DNA of 64,000 bases from Sphingomonadales bacterium (GTDB lineage: Bacteria; Pseudomonadota; Alphaproteobacteria; Sphingomonadales; Sphingomonadaceae). The DNA lies in the NCBI GenBank assembly GCA_028289885.1, contig JAQGKX010000169.1, positions 57,817 to 121,816 of the forward strand. Reading direction: 5' to 3'. Positions 20,156 through 30,551 of the stretch are shown piece by piece. The translations under genes were made by a program, and so were the position numbers. Position 1 is the stretch's first letter; each line of letters opens with the position of its first letter. The notes beneath the pieces were generated by a model that worked only from the letters and a program-made list of their open reading frames with translations, did no database searches and was not told where the DNA came from.

Positions 20156-21088
20156 ATGAAACGCACGGACAAGGTAATCATCACCTGCGCAGTGACGGGG
20201 TCGATCCACACGCCAACGATGTCGCCCTATCTTCCCATTACTGCCGATGAGATCGCCAGCGATGCGATTGCAGCGGCGGAGGCAGGTGCGGCGATGCTTC
20301 ATTTGCACGCCCGTAACCCGGAAACCGGGCAGCCAAGTCAGGATCCCGAACTCTTCGCGGCATTCCTGCCGCGCATCAAGCAATCGACCGATGCCATCGT
20401 GAACATCACCACCGGCGGTGGGCTCGGCATGAGCCTCGACGACCGGCTTGCCCCTGCAAAGCGGTTTCGGCCCGAAGTCTGTTCGATGAACATGGGCTCG
20501 GTGAACTTCAATATCTCCGGCGCGGGTGCCCGTATTTCCGAATGGAAGCACGATTGGGAAAAGCCCTATCTCGACATGACGAAGGATTTCATCCTGTCGA
20601 ACACCTTTGCGCAGATCGAACGTGCGATGACCGAGCTTTCGGGGCAGGGAACGCGCTTTGAATTTGAATGTTACGACATCGCGCACCTCTATAATCTCGC
20701 ACATTTCGTGGACCGCAAAATCATCGAACCGCCATTTTTCATTCAAGGCGTCTTCGGTATCCTTGGCGGTATCGGGCCGGATCCGGAAAACGTGATGCAC
20801 ATGAAGTCGACCGCCGACCGCCTGTTCGGGGAAGATTTCCTGTTTTCGCTGCTTGCGGCGGGCAAGCACCAGATGCGCCTTATTACCTTGTCCGCGTTAC
20901 TGGGTGGCTCGGTGCGCGTCGGCCTGGAAGACAGCCTCTATGCCGGCAAGGGGCAGCTTGCCGTTTCAAACGCCGAACAGGTGGCGAAAATCCGCCGCAT
21001 TCTGGAGGAGTTAAGCCTCACCGTTGCGACACCGGCTGAAGCGCGCGTGATGATGCAAACCAAGGGCGGAGATAATGTTGGATTCTGA
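20156..21088 (+). CDS. Beta-keto acid cleavage enzyme (BKACE / 3-keto-5-aminohexanoate cleavage family)
   Basis: IITCAVTG, HLHAR zinc motif, EFECYD, RVGLEDS. Confidence 0.92.
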   Translation: MKRTDKVIITCAVTGSIHTPTMSPYLPITADEIASDAIAAAEAGAAMLHLHARNPETGQPSQDPELFAAFLPRIKQSTDAIVNITTGGGLGMSLDDRLAPAKRFRPEVCSMNMGSVNFNISGAGARISEWKHDWEKPYLDMTKDFILSNTFAQIERAMTELSGQGTRFEFECYDIAHLYNLAHFVDRKIIEPPFFIQGVFGILGGIGPDPENVMHMKSTADRLFGEDFLFSLLAAGKHQMRLITLSALLGGSVRVGLEDSLYAGKGQLAVSNAEQVAKIRRILEELSLTVATPAEARVMMQTKGGDNVGF

Positions 21089-22676
21089 CCCCGCGGCCGT
21101 CAACGAAGATCCCCGGATGGCGATGCGCGATGGGGGACGGCTGGATTTGTCGGCGATGCTGCTGCTGTCCGACTATCCGACCGTCCATGCTGCGCGAACG
21201 CCAGACAAGACAGCCTTGATTTTCGGGAACATTCGCTGGAGTTATGCAGCTCTTGATCGCGCCTGCGACCAGACGGCGGGGCTTTTTGCGGGGCTTGGGT
21301 TAAAGCCAGGCGGGCGTGTCGCCTATATCGGCAAAAACAACGATCTGTTTTTCGCGGTGCTGATCGGCGCGCTTCGGGCGCAACTCGTTCTGGTTCCGGT
21401 AAACTGGCGCAATACTGCGTCAGAAACGCGCTATGTGCTGGAAGACAGCGGCGCGCAGCTCATCCTTTCGGATGCCGAATTTGAGCCGGTAGCACGTGAG
21501 GCATCTGCCAACAAACTGCCGATCATCGTCGTCGACGAACCCGGCGAAGCGGGATTGCGCGCCCGGATCGCTGCATCCGAAGCGGCCCCGCGCGTTGATC
21601 TCGATCCCGCGGCACCATGCCTCCAGCTCTATACCAGCGGAACAACCGGGCGGCCAAAGGGCGTGACAACGTCGCAGCGTGCCTACGCCATCCAGCGGCA
21701 TATCGAACTGGTAAGCCCCTATTTCTTTGACTGGGGTGACGAGGAGGTGCTGCTGTCTCCGCTGCCGAGTTTCCATATCGGTGGCATGTCGTGGGTCGGC
21801 ACCGGGCTGGTGCGGGGCGCGACTGTCGTGGTGACGGCGGATACTGCCCCGGCGATCCTGCTCGATCTGTGCCTTGAACATGCCATTACCCGTACGTTCA
21901 TTGTGCCCATGCTCGTTCGTGGACTCATCAACGAGATGGATGCGCGAGGGGTGATAGTGCCGTCGCTTCGGGGAATTCATTATGGCGCGGCGTCGATGGA
22001 CCCCGCGCTGCTCGAACGGTCGGTCGATCGGCTCGGGTGCCAGTTCCTGCAATATTACGGCATGACCGAGATCTCGGGAACGATGACGATTTTGGGGCCA
22101 CGCGAGCACGATACCTCGCGGCCCAATCTTCTCCGGTCGGTCGGCAAGCCATTGCCCGGCCATCGGATCGCCATTCGCGGCCCGCAAGGTCAGTTACTGG
22201 AGATCGAACAGCCCGGTGAGATCTGGGTAAGCGGCCCGACCCTGCTGATCGAATATTGGAACAAGCCCGAAGCGACTGCGGAGGCGCTGATCGACGGCTG
22301 GTATCGGACGGGTGATGGCGGTCGGTTCGATGCCGAGGGCTTTCTATACCTGACCGACCGGATCAAGGACATGATCGTGTCGGGTGGCGAAAACGTCTAT
22401 CCCGCCGAAGTCGAGGCCGTACTGCGCGATCATCCGGCGATCCTGGACTGCGCGGTGTTTGGATTGCCGCATCCGAAATGGGGAGAGGGGGTGACGGCAG
22501 CACTCGAACTCAGGCCGGGGCACGACGTCAGCCCGGACGAGGTCATCACCTTCGCCCGCAAGTCGCTGGCTGCCTATAAGGTACCGCGCCGGATCGAAGT
22601 CGGCGTCACCCTGCCACGTACCGCGTCCGGAAAAGTACAGCGTGCGATGATCCGTAAACTATATCTGGACAGTTAG
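21075..22676 (+). CDS. Acyl-CoA synthetase (AMP-forming, long-chain fatty acid-CoA ligase-like)
   Basis: YTSGTTGRPKG, YGMTE, WYRTGD, SGGENVYPAEVE, RTASGK. Exact start uncertain. Confidence 0.93.
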   Translation: MLDSDPAAVNEDPRMAMRDGGRLDLSAMLLLSDYPTVHAARTPDKTALIFGNIRWSYAALDRACDQTAGLFAGLGLKPGGRVAYIGKNNDLFFAVLIGALRAQLVLVPVNWRNTASETRYVLEDSGAQLILSDAEFEPVAREASANKLPIIVVDEPGEAGLRARIAASEAAPRVDLDPAAPCLQLYTSGTTGRPKGVTTSQRAYAIQRHIELVSPYFFDWGDEEVLLSPLPSFHIGGMSWVGTGLVRGATVVVTADTAPAILLDLCLEHAITRTFIVPMLVRGLINEMDARGVIVPSLRGIHYGAASMDPALLERSVDRLGCQFLQYYGMTEISGTMTILGPREHDTSRPNLLRSVGKPLPGHRIAIRGPQGQLLEIEQPGEIWVSGPTLLIEYWNKPEATAEALIDGWYRTGDGGRFDAEGFLYLTDRIKDMIVSGGENVYPAEVEAVLRDHPAILDCAVFGLPHPKWGEGVTAALELRPGHDVSPDEVITFARKSLAAYKVPRRIEVGVTLPRTASGKVQRAMIRKLYLDS

Positions 22677-22692
22677 TACGAAAGCGTACGGA
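22673..22692. promoter_or_regulatory. Palindromic operator copy
   Basis: TTAGTACGAAAGCGTACGGA (perfect GTACG-N4-CGTAC). Confidence 0.55.
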
Positions 22693-22733
22693 AACATACC
22701 GGCGCACAAAGTGTCGGATCAAGGAGAGAGAAA

Positions 22734-23528
22734 ATGGGCCGACTGGACGGAAAGGTCGCTATCGTCACGGGTGGCGTACGGGGCTTGGGTGGTGCGGCAG
22801 TGGCGGCGCTTGCAGCGGAAGGTGCTGCCGTATTGGTCGGCGACGTGCTCGACGAAATCGGCGAGGCGAGCGTCGAGGCGCTGGTTCGTGGCGGCGCACG
22901 CGCTGCCTATGTTCCGCTCGACGTGCGGGACGCAGCATCCTGGGATAGCGCGGTTGAAACGGCGCTTCGGCTATGGGGGCGCGTCGATTGCCTGGTCAAT
23001 AATGCCGGCATCAACATACCGGTCGATATCGAAGCTGGCACGGCAGACCAGTTTCGCGCAATTCTCGAAGTCAATCTGATCGGTGCGTTTCTGGGCATCA
23101 AGGCCGTATTGCCGGCAATGCGCCAGTCTGGCGGAGGCTCGATCATAAACGTCGCCTCAAATTCGACGGATATGATCCAGCCGGCGACATCGCTTTACGG
23201 GGCAAGCAAGGCCGCGATCGCCAATCTTGCCAAAACGACCGCCGTCCATTGTGCGCTGCGTGGCGACAATATCCGCGTCAATTCGATCCATCCGGGTCCG
23301 CATGAGACCGAGATGCTCACCAATCCAGAGGTTCAGGCAATGCCCATGTTCAAGGCTCTGCTCGATGCGGTGCCAATGGGCAGGATGGGCAGGCCCGAGG
23401 AGTTCGGGAAGCTGGTCGTGTTCCTCGCCTCGGAAGATTCGAGCTATATCACGGCTTCGGAGATGTTCATCGACGGAGGCCTCACCGCAGTTTCCTTTGC
23501 AGATCCCACGGCGTCGCGTCGCGGTTGA
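22734..23528 (+). CDS. SDR (3alpha,20beta-HSD / cyclopentanol dehydrogenase-like)
   Basis: TGGVRGLG, NNAG, YGASK, RVNSIHPG. Confidence 0.92.
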   Translation: MGRLDGKVAIVTGGVRGLGGAAVAALAAEGAAVLVGDVLDEIGEASVEALVRGGARAAYVPLDVRDAASWDSAVETALRLWGRVDCLVNNAGINIPVDIEAGTADQFRAILEVNLIGAFLGIKAVLPAMRQSGGGSIINVASNSTDMIQPATSLYGASKAAIANLAKTTAVHCALRGDNIRVNSIHPGPHETEMLTNPEVQAMPMFKALLDAVPMGRMGRPEEFGKLVVFLASEDSSYITASEMFIDGGLTAVSFADPTASRRG

Positions 23529-23648
23529 TCGGGAACGGCGACGATTTGCGCCCTCGTTCACGGTACATTATGCTAGCATATTAAATTGACGAACGGAGCT
23601 TTTTGCGGCAGTTTCATCCAAAGCCAAAATGCAGAGAGAGATGATGCC

Positions 23649-25031
23649 ATGGCAACCGCCCTTAAAGCTCCGACCTATCGTGATAGCACCGCGCCGATCT
23701 ATCAGGACATAATCGCCGCCGACATCGTGACCGCGCCGGCGATCATGCGCGATTATTCGGAGACCAACGTTCCGGTCGCCAGTGTGTCACGCGATGAATA
23801 TCGCAGTCCGGCATTTGCGGCACGGGAGCGCGAGCAGATGTGGTCGCGCGTATGGCAGATGGCGTGCCGCGAAGAACAGATTCCCGAGGTTGGAGATGTC
23901 GTCGTCTATGACAGCCCGGGAGCCTCATTCCTGATCGTACGCGCCGCCGATAATGACATACGTGCCTATTACAATAGTTGTCGGCATCGGGGCATGAAGC
24001 TGTGCACGGGCGACACCAGCGTGAACAAGCTGACATGCCCGTTTCACGGATTTACCTGGAACCTCGACGGGTCACTCGCGCACGTTCCTTCGCGTTGGGA
24101 TTTTCCGGGCCTGACGGACGAGACGACGGCACTGGCGCAGGTCAAAGTCGGTCGCTGGGGCGGCTTTATATTTATAAACCGCGCCGAAAACCCGCCCCCG
24201 CTTGAGGAGTATCTCGGTCATCTGGTGCCACATTTCGCCGACTGGCCCTATGACAAACTCTATCTTGCGACAGCGATACGAAAACCGATGGATGCAAACT
24301 GGAAGACGAGTGTCGAGGCGTTCCTTGAGGCATATCATCTGGCTGGCGTTCATGCGCAGGCGTTGCCGTTCAGCGGTGAGTCCAGTACCCAATACGACGT
24401 ATGGGCCGACGATCCCCATGTCAGTCGGTTCCTTGAACCGACGGGAATCGTGAGCGATCAATATCCGCACGTGTTGTCCGAGCAGCAGATTCTCAACTCG
24501 GTGATGGAGGTGATTTTCGCCAATGGCGAACCGGTGCCGCTTCCCGAAGGAGCAAAGGCGCGAACTTTTCTGGCTGCGGGAATGCGCGCCGAAATGAACA
24601 AGGTGACCGGCGCGGACTATACTGGACTTTCCGACACCGAGGCAGGCGACGCGATTCAGTATTACCTGTTCCCCAACATCGTGATCTTCCGTTCGCTGCC
24701 TTACCCCTTCGTCTACCGCTTTTTACCGCATCGCGACGATCCAAATAAGTCGATGTTCGAGTTCCTGGTATTTCGCCCGAAGCCCGGGGACGGCAGCGCG
24801 CCGCCAGAGGTAAATGTGGTCGAACTGGGTGAAGATGGCACATTTGCCGGTTCCGGTGTGCTGCCACCCTGGCAAGGCGAAATCTATGACGAGGACGTCG
24901 ATGGCCTCCGCATGTGCCAAGAGGGGATGCGTGATGGCGGCGACACCGAAATCATCTTCTCGCGTTATCAGGAAGTCCGCATCCGCCACCTCCACCAAAC
25001 TCTTCATCGCTATCTGGATGGCGACATCTGA
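23649..25031 (+). CDS. Rieske oxygenase alpha subunit #2
   Basis: CRHRG...CPFH, EAYHLAGVH, DED, QEVRIRHLH. Confidence 0.95.
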   Translation: MATALKAPTYRDSTAPIYQDIIAADIVTAPAIMRDYSETNVPVASVSRDEYRSPAFAAREREQMWSRVWQMACREEQIPEVGDVVVYDSPGASFLIVRAADNDIRAYYNSCRHRGMKLCTGDTSVNKLTCPFHGFTWNLDGSLAHVPSRWDFPGLTDETTALAQVKVGRWGGFIFINRAENPPPLEEYLGHLVPHFADWPYDKLYLATAIRKPMDANWKTSVEAFLEAYHLAGVHAQALPFSGESSTQYDVWADDPHVSRFLEPTGIVSDQYPHVLSEQQILNSVMEVIFANGEPVPLPEGAKARTFLAAGMRAEMNKVTGADYTGLSDTEAGDAIQYYLFPNIVIFRSLPYPFVYRFLPHRDDPNKSMFEFLVFRPKPGDGSAPPEVNVVELGEDGTFAGSGVLPPWQGEIYDEDVDGLRMCQEGMRDGGDTEIIFSRYQEVRIRHLHQTLHRYLDGDI

Positions 25032-25053
25032 CGATTGATAATCACTCACCTGC

Positions 25054-25082
25054 TTGACAGTACGTCAGCGTACCTGTGTAGT
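25054..25082 (+). promoter_or_regulatory. Putative sigma70 promoter overlapped by a palindromic operator
   Basis: TTGACA (25054-59), 17-nt spacer, TGTAGT (25077-82). ACAGTACGTCAGCGTACCTG at 25057-25076. Confidence 0.6.
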
Positions 25083-25122
25083 GACTGCGCCGGCTGGGAT
25101 GGCTCGGGATGGGGGATAGGGC

Positions 25123-25938
25123 ATGTTCGTTTCGGCGGAAGACAATAGTTACCGCGTCGAGATAGATCGCGGCGTTTTGCGCCTGTCATTCAACCGTCCA
25201 GAGTTCGGCAATGCCGTTCCATCGACTGCGGTTCCTGCGCTGATTGCCCTGTTTCGCAACGCCCAGAGCGATCCTGCAATCCGCGCCATACTCGTTCGGG
25301 GCGAAGGGCGCATATTTTCCGCCGGTGGAGACGTCGCAGGATTCAAGCGTTCACTTGCGCAGTCGGCGACCGAGCGTCAGGCGGACTTTGCCGAACGACT
25401 GCCCCGCCTTCGATTGCTCGTGGAAGCGGTGATTGCTTTCGATCGGCCGATCGTTGCGTCGATCAGGGGAGCGGCTGCGGGGGCGGGTCTCCTTTACCCC
25501 CTCGCCGCCGATCTGGTCATTGGCGATGACAGCGCGACATTCGTTTTCGCTCATCAGAAAATTGGGCTCAGTCCCGATGGCGGCATCACGTTGCTGTTGC
25601 CGCAAGTGGTCGGACAACGAACGGCACGAATGCTGATGCTTACCGCGGCCAAACTTGATGCCGCGGAGGCGATGCGACTGGGCATCCTGCACCGGATAGT
25701 TTCTGCCGAAACGCTCGAAGACGCTTCGATGCTGGCTGCTGTTCGGCTTGCACGGGCACCGCAGCGAGCGATCCGGCTTGCCAAGCAGATGCTGGTCGGG
25801 GTGTCGCGCCGGAGCATCGGAGAAATTCTCGATGCGGAGACAGCCGGGATCGTTGAATGTGTCGGTGACGAGGATTTTTCCGAAGGCGTCAGTGCCTTCA
25901 TGGAAAAGCGAGCGGCTATCTTTCCATCAACCCTTTGA
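25123..25938 (+). CDS. Enoyl-CoA hydratase/isomerase (PaaG-like)
   Basis: FSAGGDV, GAAAGAG, IGLSPDGG, FSEGVSAF. Confidence 0.9.
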   Translation: MFVSAEDNSYRVEIDRGVLRLSFNRPEFGNAVPSTAVPALIALFRNAQSDPAIRAILVRGEGRIFSAGGDVAGFKRSLAQSATERQADFAERLPRLRLLVEAVIAFDRPIVASIRGAAAGAGLLYPLAADLVIGDDSATFVFAHQKIGLSPDGGITLLLPQVVGQRTARMLMLTAAKLDAAEAMRLGILHRIVSAETLEDASMLAAVRLARAPQRAIRLAKQMLVGVSRRSIGEILDAETAGIVECVGDEDFSEGVSAFMEKRAAIFPSTL

Positions 25939-26042
25939 TCGTATTTGGCGCGTCGGCTTTTTACGTGAGGACCTCCGGTTGAACCGCCTCCTTCAGCCTG
26001 CGGAGCGTTGCGGCGGGCCGAAGAAGCCGACTCCCGATAAGA

Positions 26043-27044
26043 TCAGACACCCTTGCTGCGGCTGCTCATCTTGTAATTATAGTCGTTCCACTGAACTTCC
26101 TGACTTTCGCCATAGCCCGTGCGGCCATTCCAATCCCATTCGACGAGGCCGATATGACACAATGTATTCGACCAGCCGCCCCATAAAGTCTGGGCAATCA
26201 GCTTGCCGGTCATATCGTATGTTTCGCCCTTTTCGTCCTCGAAATGATAATGATGAACAATCGGTGCTTGCGCATCCGTGGTCCGTTGGGTCATCTTCGT
26301 GGATGAAACTATGCGGCGTTGCTCGCCATTCTTTACCACCCAGCCGTCGTTGAAGATGCGTTTCGGCACGTCCATCACCCCGAGCCAGTCCGGATTGCGC
26401 GCCGGATCGTCGTGTGAGCCGACATTGAAAGCAAAATCGGTGCCGAAAGTGCCGGTTACCCAGGTATAGGGGGGAGCCGGATTATGGTTTTCCGGGCGTG
26501 GTTCGGCCCAGCTGCGGTCCCGAACCGGGTAGCAATCGACGGCATAATCCTCACCACGCAGGCGCAGCGTTCCTGTCGCGTGCATCACCTGTTCAAAATG
26601 TTTGTTGTTGGCGCGCATGATCGGCACATCGACCGCGTCGAGGATCACATCGACTCTGGTATCGCGGCCCGCGTCCGCGAAAGTCATATGGATCTTTTTC
26701 AGCGGATCCAGCACTTGCACCCGCATGCCGTTGGGAAGCTTGATGTCACTGCCGTCGCCGATCACCGAAGAGGACATATAGTCGAAATATTCGAACAGTT
26801 CGCACTGAAGGTGGTGACGATTGATGCCCTTGAAAATGAACAGTCCGCTGCTCACGGTCTTCAGCGTCGGATGCACCCAGCAATAGGCGAAGCAGTTGAT
26901 CGCTGCCTGTGGCACATGGAAATTCCAGTACCAGGTCTCCGTCAGTGAATCGACGGCATCGCCCGTGCCGTGAAAGAACTCGTCCTGATCGACATGGCGG
27001 CCGAAGCCACCACCCAGATTGCTGTTCCAGTCGGTATCGGACAT
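26043..27044 (-). CDS. Uncharacterised CrtC/AttH/tocopherol-cyclase-like beta-barrel protein (paralogue A)
   Basis: ETWYWNF, HFEQ, RDRSW, GYGESQE. ATG 27044 follows AAGGAGAG. The CDS is clear; the family call is inferred. Confidence 0.7.
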   Translation of the reverse strand: MSDTDWNSNLGGGFGRHVDQDEFFHGTGDAVDSLTETWYWNFHVPQAAINCFAYCWVHPTLKTVSSGLFIFKGINRHHLQCELFEYFDYMSSSVIGDGSDIKLPNGMRVQVLDPLKKIHMTFADAGRDTRVDVILDAVDVPIMRANNKHFEQVMHATGTLRLRGEDYAVDCYPVRDRSWAEPRPENHNPAPPYTWVTGTFGTDFAFNVGSHDDPARNPDWLGVMDVPKRIFNDGWVVKNGEQRRIVSSTKMTQRTTDAQAPIVHHYHFEDEKGETYDMTGKLIAQTLWGGWSNTLCHIGLVEWDWNGRTGYGESQEVQWNDYNYKMSSRSKGV

Positions 27045-27181
27045 ACGACGCTCTCTCCTTTTCGGTTGTGTGAATTGAGATAGAACGGCAGCACATGATA
27101 TGCTAGCCACTGATTCAGACGATGTAACTCCGACACGGGTTTGCGCTGACCAAAGCCTCACCCAACTCCCGGCAAAGGAAG

Positions 27182-28189
27182 ATGAACATGGATGTTCCCG
27201 TGAACGAATTGCCCTGGCAGGGCGAGTTTCCCGACGTTGCCAACTGGAGCGAAAACTTCTGTCTTGCCGGTTACGACCCAGAATGTGGCGTCGGATTCTG
27301 GTTTCACATCGGTCGTTGGCGGCATGATAAGACGATGTGGCGCGAGATCGTAGTGATGCGCTTTCCCGACGGCACTGTCGCGGCGCACCGTGCGATCGGC
27401 AACGCTCGTGCTTCGACCGAAGGGGGCGGGGGACCTTGCTTCTCGGTTCGCGTGCTCGAATCGGGCCGACGTCTGCATTATAGTTTCAACGGCGGGGTGA
27501 TGCGCGTGTCTGCCGCAACGATGCTCGAAGGCATTGTCGGTGATGGCCGCAAAACCCCCTTTACCTTCGAACTCGACTTCGTATCGGATTCCGACATCTG
27601 GGATTTGCATAAGGTCGGCAGTCTGCAGGCGTTTTTACCTGCTGGCCATATCGAACAACCGGGCCAGTTGACCGGCGCTATCCGGATCGGTGACGATCAC
27701 TATGATTTCAACGCGATCGTCAATCGCGACCACAGCCTTGGTGCGCGCGACAACAAGGATCTGCATAGCCACCAGTGGCTGCAGGGATATTTCGAAAACG
27801 GTATCAAATTCATGCTGTTCGACGCGAAAACAAAGAGCGACGGCAAAGTCGTGTTTTCGGAGGCCATCGTCTACGAAGGTGACAGGGCTTTCGAGGCCAA
27901 AATCGAATCAATCGAACGGTGCGAACGCGTCGAGGACGACGAAAAGCCGATCCGTATTACGCTAAGCTATGCCAATGGTACTCTCGACATAGATACTGTG
28001 GCATATCATGGCAGCTCCTATCTGTCGTTGACCTCGCCGAACGATCAGTATGTTGGCGTTTACAAAAGCGATCCGGGGCCCACTCTGGTGCTTGATGAAC
28101 AGTCGGTGACATTGACGCTTAACGGAACGGTCGCGGGTTATGGAGCCTATGAACGTACTATTCCCGGCTTCCATAAGCCTGAAGCGTAA
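27182..28189 (+). CDS. Uncharacterised CrtC/AttH-like protein (paralogue B)
   Basis: WSENF, HIEQPG, RDHSLG, GYGAYE. AAGGAAG RBS. Confidence 0.7.
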   Translation: MNMDVPVNELPWQGEFPDVANWSENFCLAGYDPECGVGFWFHIGRWRHDKTMWREIVVMRFPDGTVAAHRAIGNARASTEGGGGPCFSVRVLESGRRLHYSFNGGVMRVSAATMLEGIVGDGRKTPFTFELDFVSDSDIWDLHKVGSLQAFLPAGHIEQPGQLTGAIRIGDDHYDFNAIVNRDHSLGARDNKDLHSHQWLQGYFENGIKFMLFDAKTKSDGKVVFSEAIVYEGDRAFEAKIESIERCERVEDDEKPIRITLSYANGTLDIDTVAYHGSSYLSLTSPNDQYVGVYKSDPGPTLVLDEQSVTLTLNGTVAGYGAYERTIPGFHKPEA

Positions 28190-28308
28190 GGCCCTCATTT
28201 CCGCAAACGTCTGAACGAGCGTGTGGACCTTGGCGAACAACCGGCGTATAACCTTATCCTAGCATATGAACGCGTTATGGCGCGTGGCATGGAAGATGGA
28301 GAAGTCCG

Positions 28309-29712
28309 ATGGCAACCGTTCTCAAACGCGACATGCGGCGAGGCTATGGCAACAAGGAACGTCCGGTAATCGGCGAGCTTTGGCAGCGTGATTCGACAGC
28401 AATCACCGACGTGATGACTGCTGAGGGGACCTATCAGCCCTCGAACAAGAACATAGAGTTCTCTCGATATTACGATCCCGAGTTTTTCAAACAGGAGATC
28501 GAAAAGGTTTGGCGTCGTCAGTGGCTGATCGCGGGCCGTGAAGAGGATATTCCGAACGTCGGGGATCGCTTCCCCCTGAGCGTCGGGCCGGACGCTTATA
28601 TGATTGTCCGCACCGGCGCGCACGAGTTCAAGGCTTATTTCAATTCCTGCCTTCATCGCGGCGCGACGCTGTGTGCGAAGCCGGAATCGGGCACTTCGAT
28701 CCGCTGTCCTTACCACGGTTGGGAATGGGACATCGACGGTTCGCTCAAGAAAATTCCCAGCCATTGGGATTTTCAGGAACTGAACCGACTCAACGCCGCG
28801 CTCCCACAGGTCAAGATCGATCGCTGGGGTGGGTTTCTGTTTATCAATGCCGACCCGGAATCGCCTCCATTGGCCGAATCGCTGGGTGTCATGCCCGCGC
28901 ATTTCGAAAGCTTCGGGCTTGAACGGCGCTTTACGAAAACACGGTTCCGCAAGCTCGTGGGTGCTAACTGGAAGGCGTCGCAGGAAGCATTCCTCGAATC
29001 CTATCATCTGTATGCGACGCATCCCGAAGGCGTTCCGTTCAACGGAGACAGCCAGTCGCAATACGATATCTTTCCGACGCCAAACGGGGCCATCGGGCGG
29101 GAGGCTGTGCCATCCGCCGTGCCGAGCATGCATGCCGACGCTTCGGCGACACCGGCGGCTGCCGCAATGGCGTTCGCACACGTCGCAAAGACATGGCATT
29201 ATCCCGACGCGGAACTGCCCGAAATTGACCCATCGGCGGATGTCCGTGCGCAAATCGGTGCCTGGGCGCGCAGGGCGTATGCAACGACTTATGGGCGCGA
29301 AAATACCCAGCCCGATGCCATACTGCTCGATAGCCTGCTTTATTTCATGTATCCGCAATTCTGCATGTGGATGTCCGAAGCCGTGCCATTCGCCTACCAG
29401 TTCCTTCCGCATGAGAGCGACTCGAACCTCAGCTATTTCGATGTGCGTCTGTTGATGCCTTTTGCCGAGGGAGAGATCGCGCCGCCGGCAGCCCAGATCA
29501 TCGAAATCGGACTGAATGAAAGTATCGCCGAAAAAGCACCGCTATTCAGCTTCCTGGGCATGATCTTCGATCAGGACATGAGCAATATGCCCCTGATCCA
29601 GCGTGGCATGAAAGCGGCGAACCCAAAGGCTCCGTTTTCAAATGTCGGGACCTATCAGGAGGCTTTGATGCAGCACTGGCACGAATTGATCGATCGCGAC
29701 ATAGCACGCTGA
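28309..29712 (+). CDS. Rieske oxygenase alpha subunit #3
   Basis: CLHRG...CPYH, ESYHLYATH, DQD. Confidence 0.95.
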   Translation: MATVLKRDMRRGYGNKERPVIGELWQRDSTAITDVMTAEGTYQPSNKNIEFSRYYDPEFFKQEIEKVWRRQWLIAGREEDIPNVGDRFPLSVGPDAYMIVRTGAHEFKAYFNSCLHRGATLCAKPESGTSIRCPYHGWEWDIDGSLKKIPSHWDFQELNRLNAALPQVKIDRWGGFLFINADPESPPLAESLGVMPAHFESFGLERRFTKTRFRKLVGANWKASQEAFLESYHLYATHPEGVPFNGDSQSQYDIFPTPNGAIGREAVPSAVPSMHADASATPAAAAMAFAHVAKTWHYPDAELPEIDPSADVRAQIGAWARRAYATTYGRENTQPDAILLDSLLYFMYPQFCMWMSEAVPFAYQFLPHESDSNLSYFDVRLLMPFAEGEIAPPAAQIIEIGLNESIAEKAPLFSFLGMIFDQDMSNMPLIQRGMKAANPKAPFSNVGTYQEALMQHWHELIDRDIAR

Positions 29713-29804
29713 CGGGTACACAGGCGCACACCGAAAAACCATAGACTGTTGACGGGGAGGGCGTCTGCATCACAGGGGGGTGCTTTCGCCAACGAAAGAC
29801 GTGT

Positions 29805-30551
29805 GTGTTGCCCGGTATCGAGATCATTCCGTTGACCGCCATCGGCGAAGTCCGCCCCCATGACGATCTTGTCAGCGTCCTGCAGAATGCCATCGCATCC
29901 GCCGACACGCATATCATGCCGGGCGATGTGTTGGTCGTTACTCAAAAGATCGTATCGAAAGCCGAAGATCGCTTCGTTCGGCTCGAACAGGTCATTCCGG
30001 GTGCCGAGGCCCTTCGGATCGCCGAAGTGACGCGGAAAGACCCACGGCTTGTCGAACTGGTGCTTTCCGAATCGACCAATGTGCTCCGCGCGGTTCCCAA
30101 CGTCCTCATCGTACGCCATCGTCTGGGTCTGGTGATGGCGAATGCCGGGATCGACCGGTCGAACATCGGCGACGGCGAAGGCGAACTTGCTCTGCTGTTG
30201 CCGGTCGATCCAGACGCGTCGGCCGCGCGCATTTCCAGCGCCATGGGCTGCCCCGTGGTTATTTCCGACAGCTTCGGTCGTCCCTGGCGGATGGGCGTTG
30301 TTGCGGTCGGCATCGGAGCGGCTGGCTTGCCGGCTATCGACGACCGTCGCGGCCATCTCGACCGTGATGGCCGGGTACTCGAAGTCACCCAGATCGCCGT
30401 TGCCGACTTGCTTGCATGTGCCGCGGCTCTGGCCATGGGCGAGGGCGGCGAGGGCGTGCCCGCCGTGATCGTACGCGGTTATGTCGTAGAGGGCACCCCG
30501 CGCCCCGCCGCCGACCTCACGCGCGCGCTTGCCGAAGATCTGTTTCAGTGA
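29805..30551 (+). CDS. cofE: Coenzyme F420-0:L-glutamate ligase (single-domain CofE)
   Basis: GDVLVVTQKIVSKAE, ANAGIDRSN, LLPVDPDASA, ISDSFGRPWR. Confidence 0.93.
   Translation: MLPGIEIIPLTAIGEVRPHDDLVSVLQNAIASADTHIMPGDVLVVTQKIVSKAEDRFVRLEQVIPGAEALRIAEVTRKDPRLVELVLSESTNVLRAVPNVLIVRHRLGLVMANAGIDRSNIGDGEGELALLLPVDPDASAARISSAMGCPVVISDSFGRPWRMGVVAVGIGAAGLPAIDDRRGHLDRDGRVLEVTQIAVADLLACAAALAMGEGGEGVPAVIVRGYVVEGTPRPAADLTRALAEDLFQ

Noticed and set aside
25952-26031. Inverted repeat GTCGGCTTTTT...AAGAAGCCGAC between convergent genes as a MITE
   Set aside because: Only 11 bp with a mismatch, no target duplication or second copy seen. At most a terminator-like fold.
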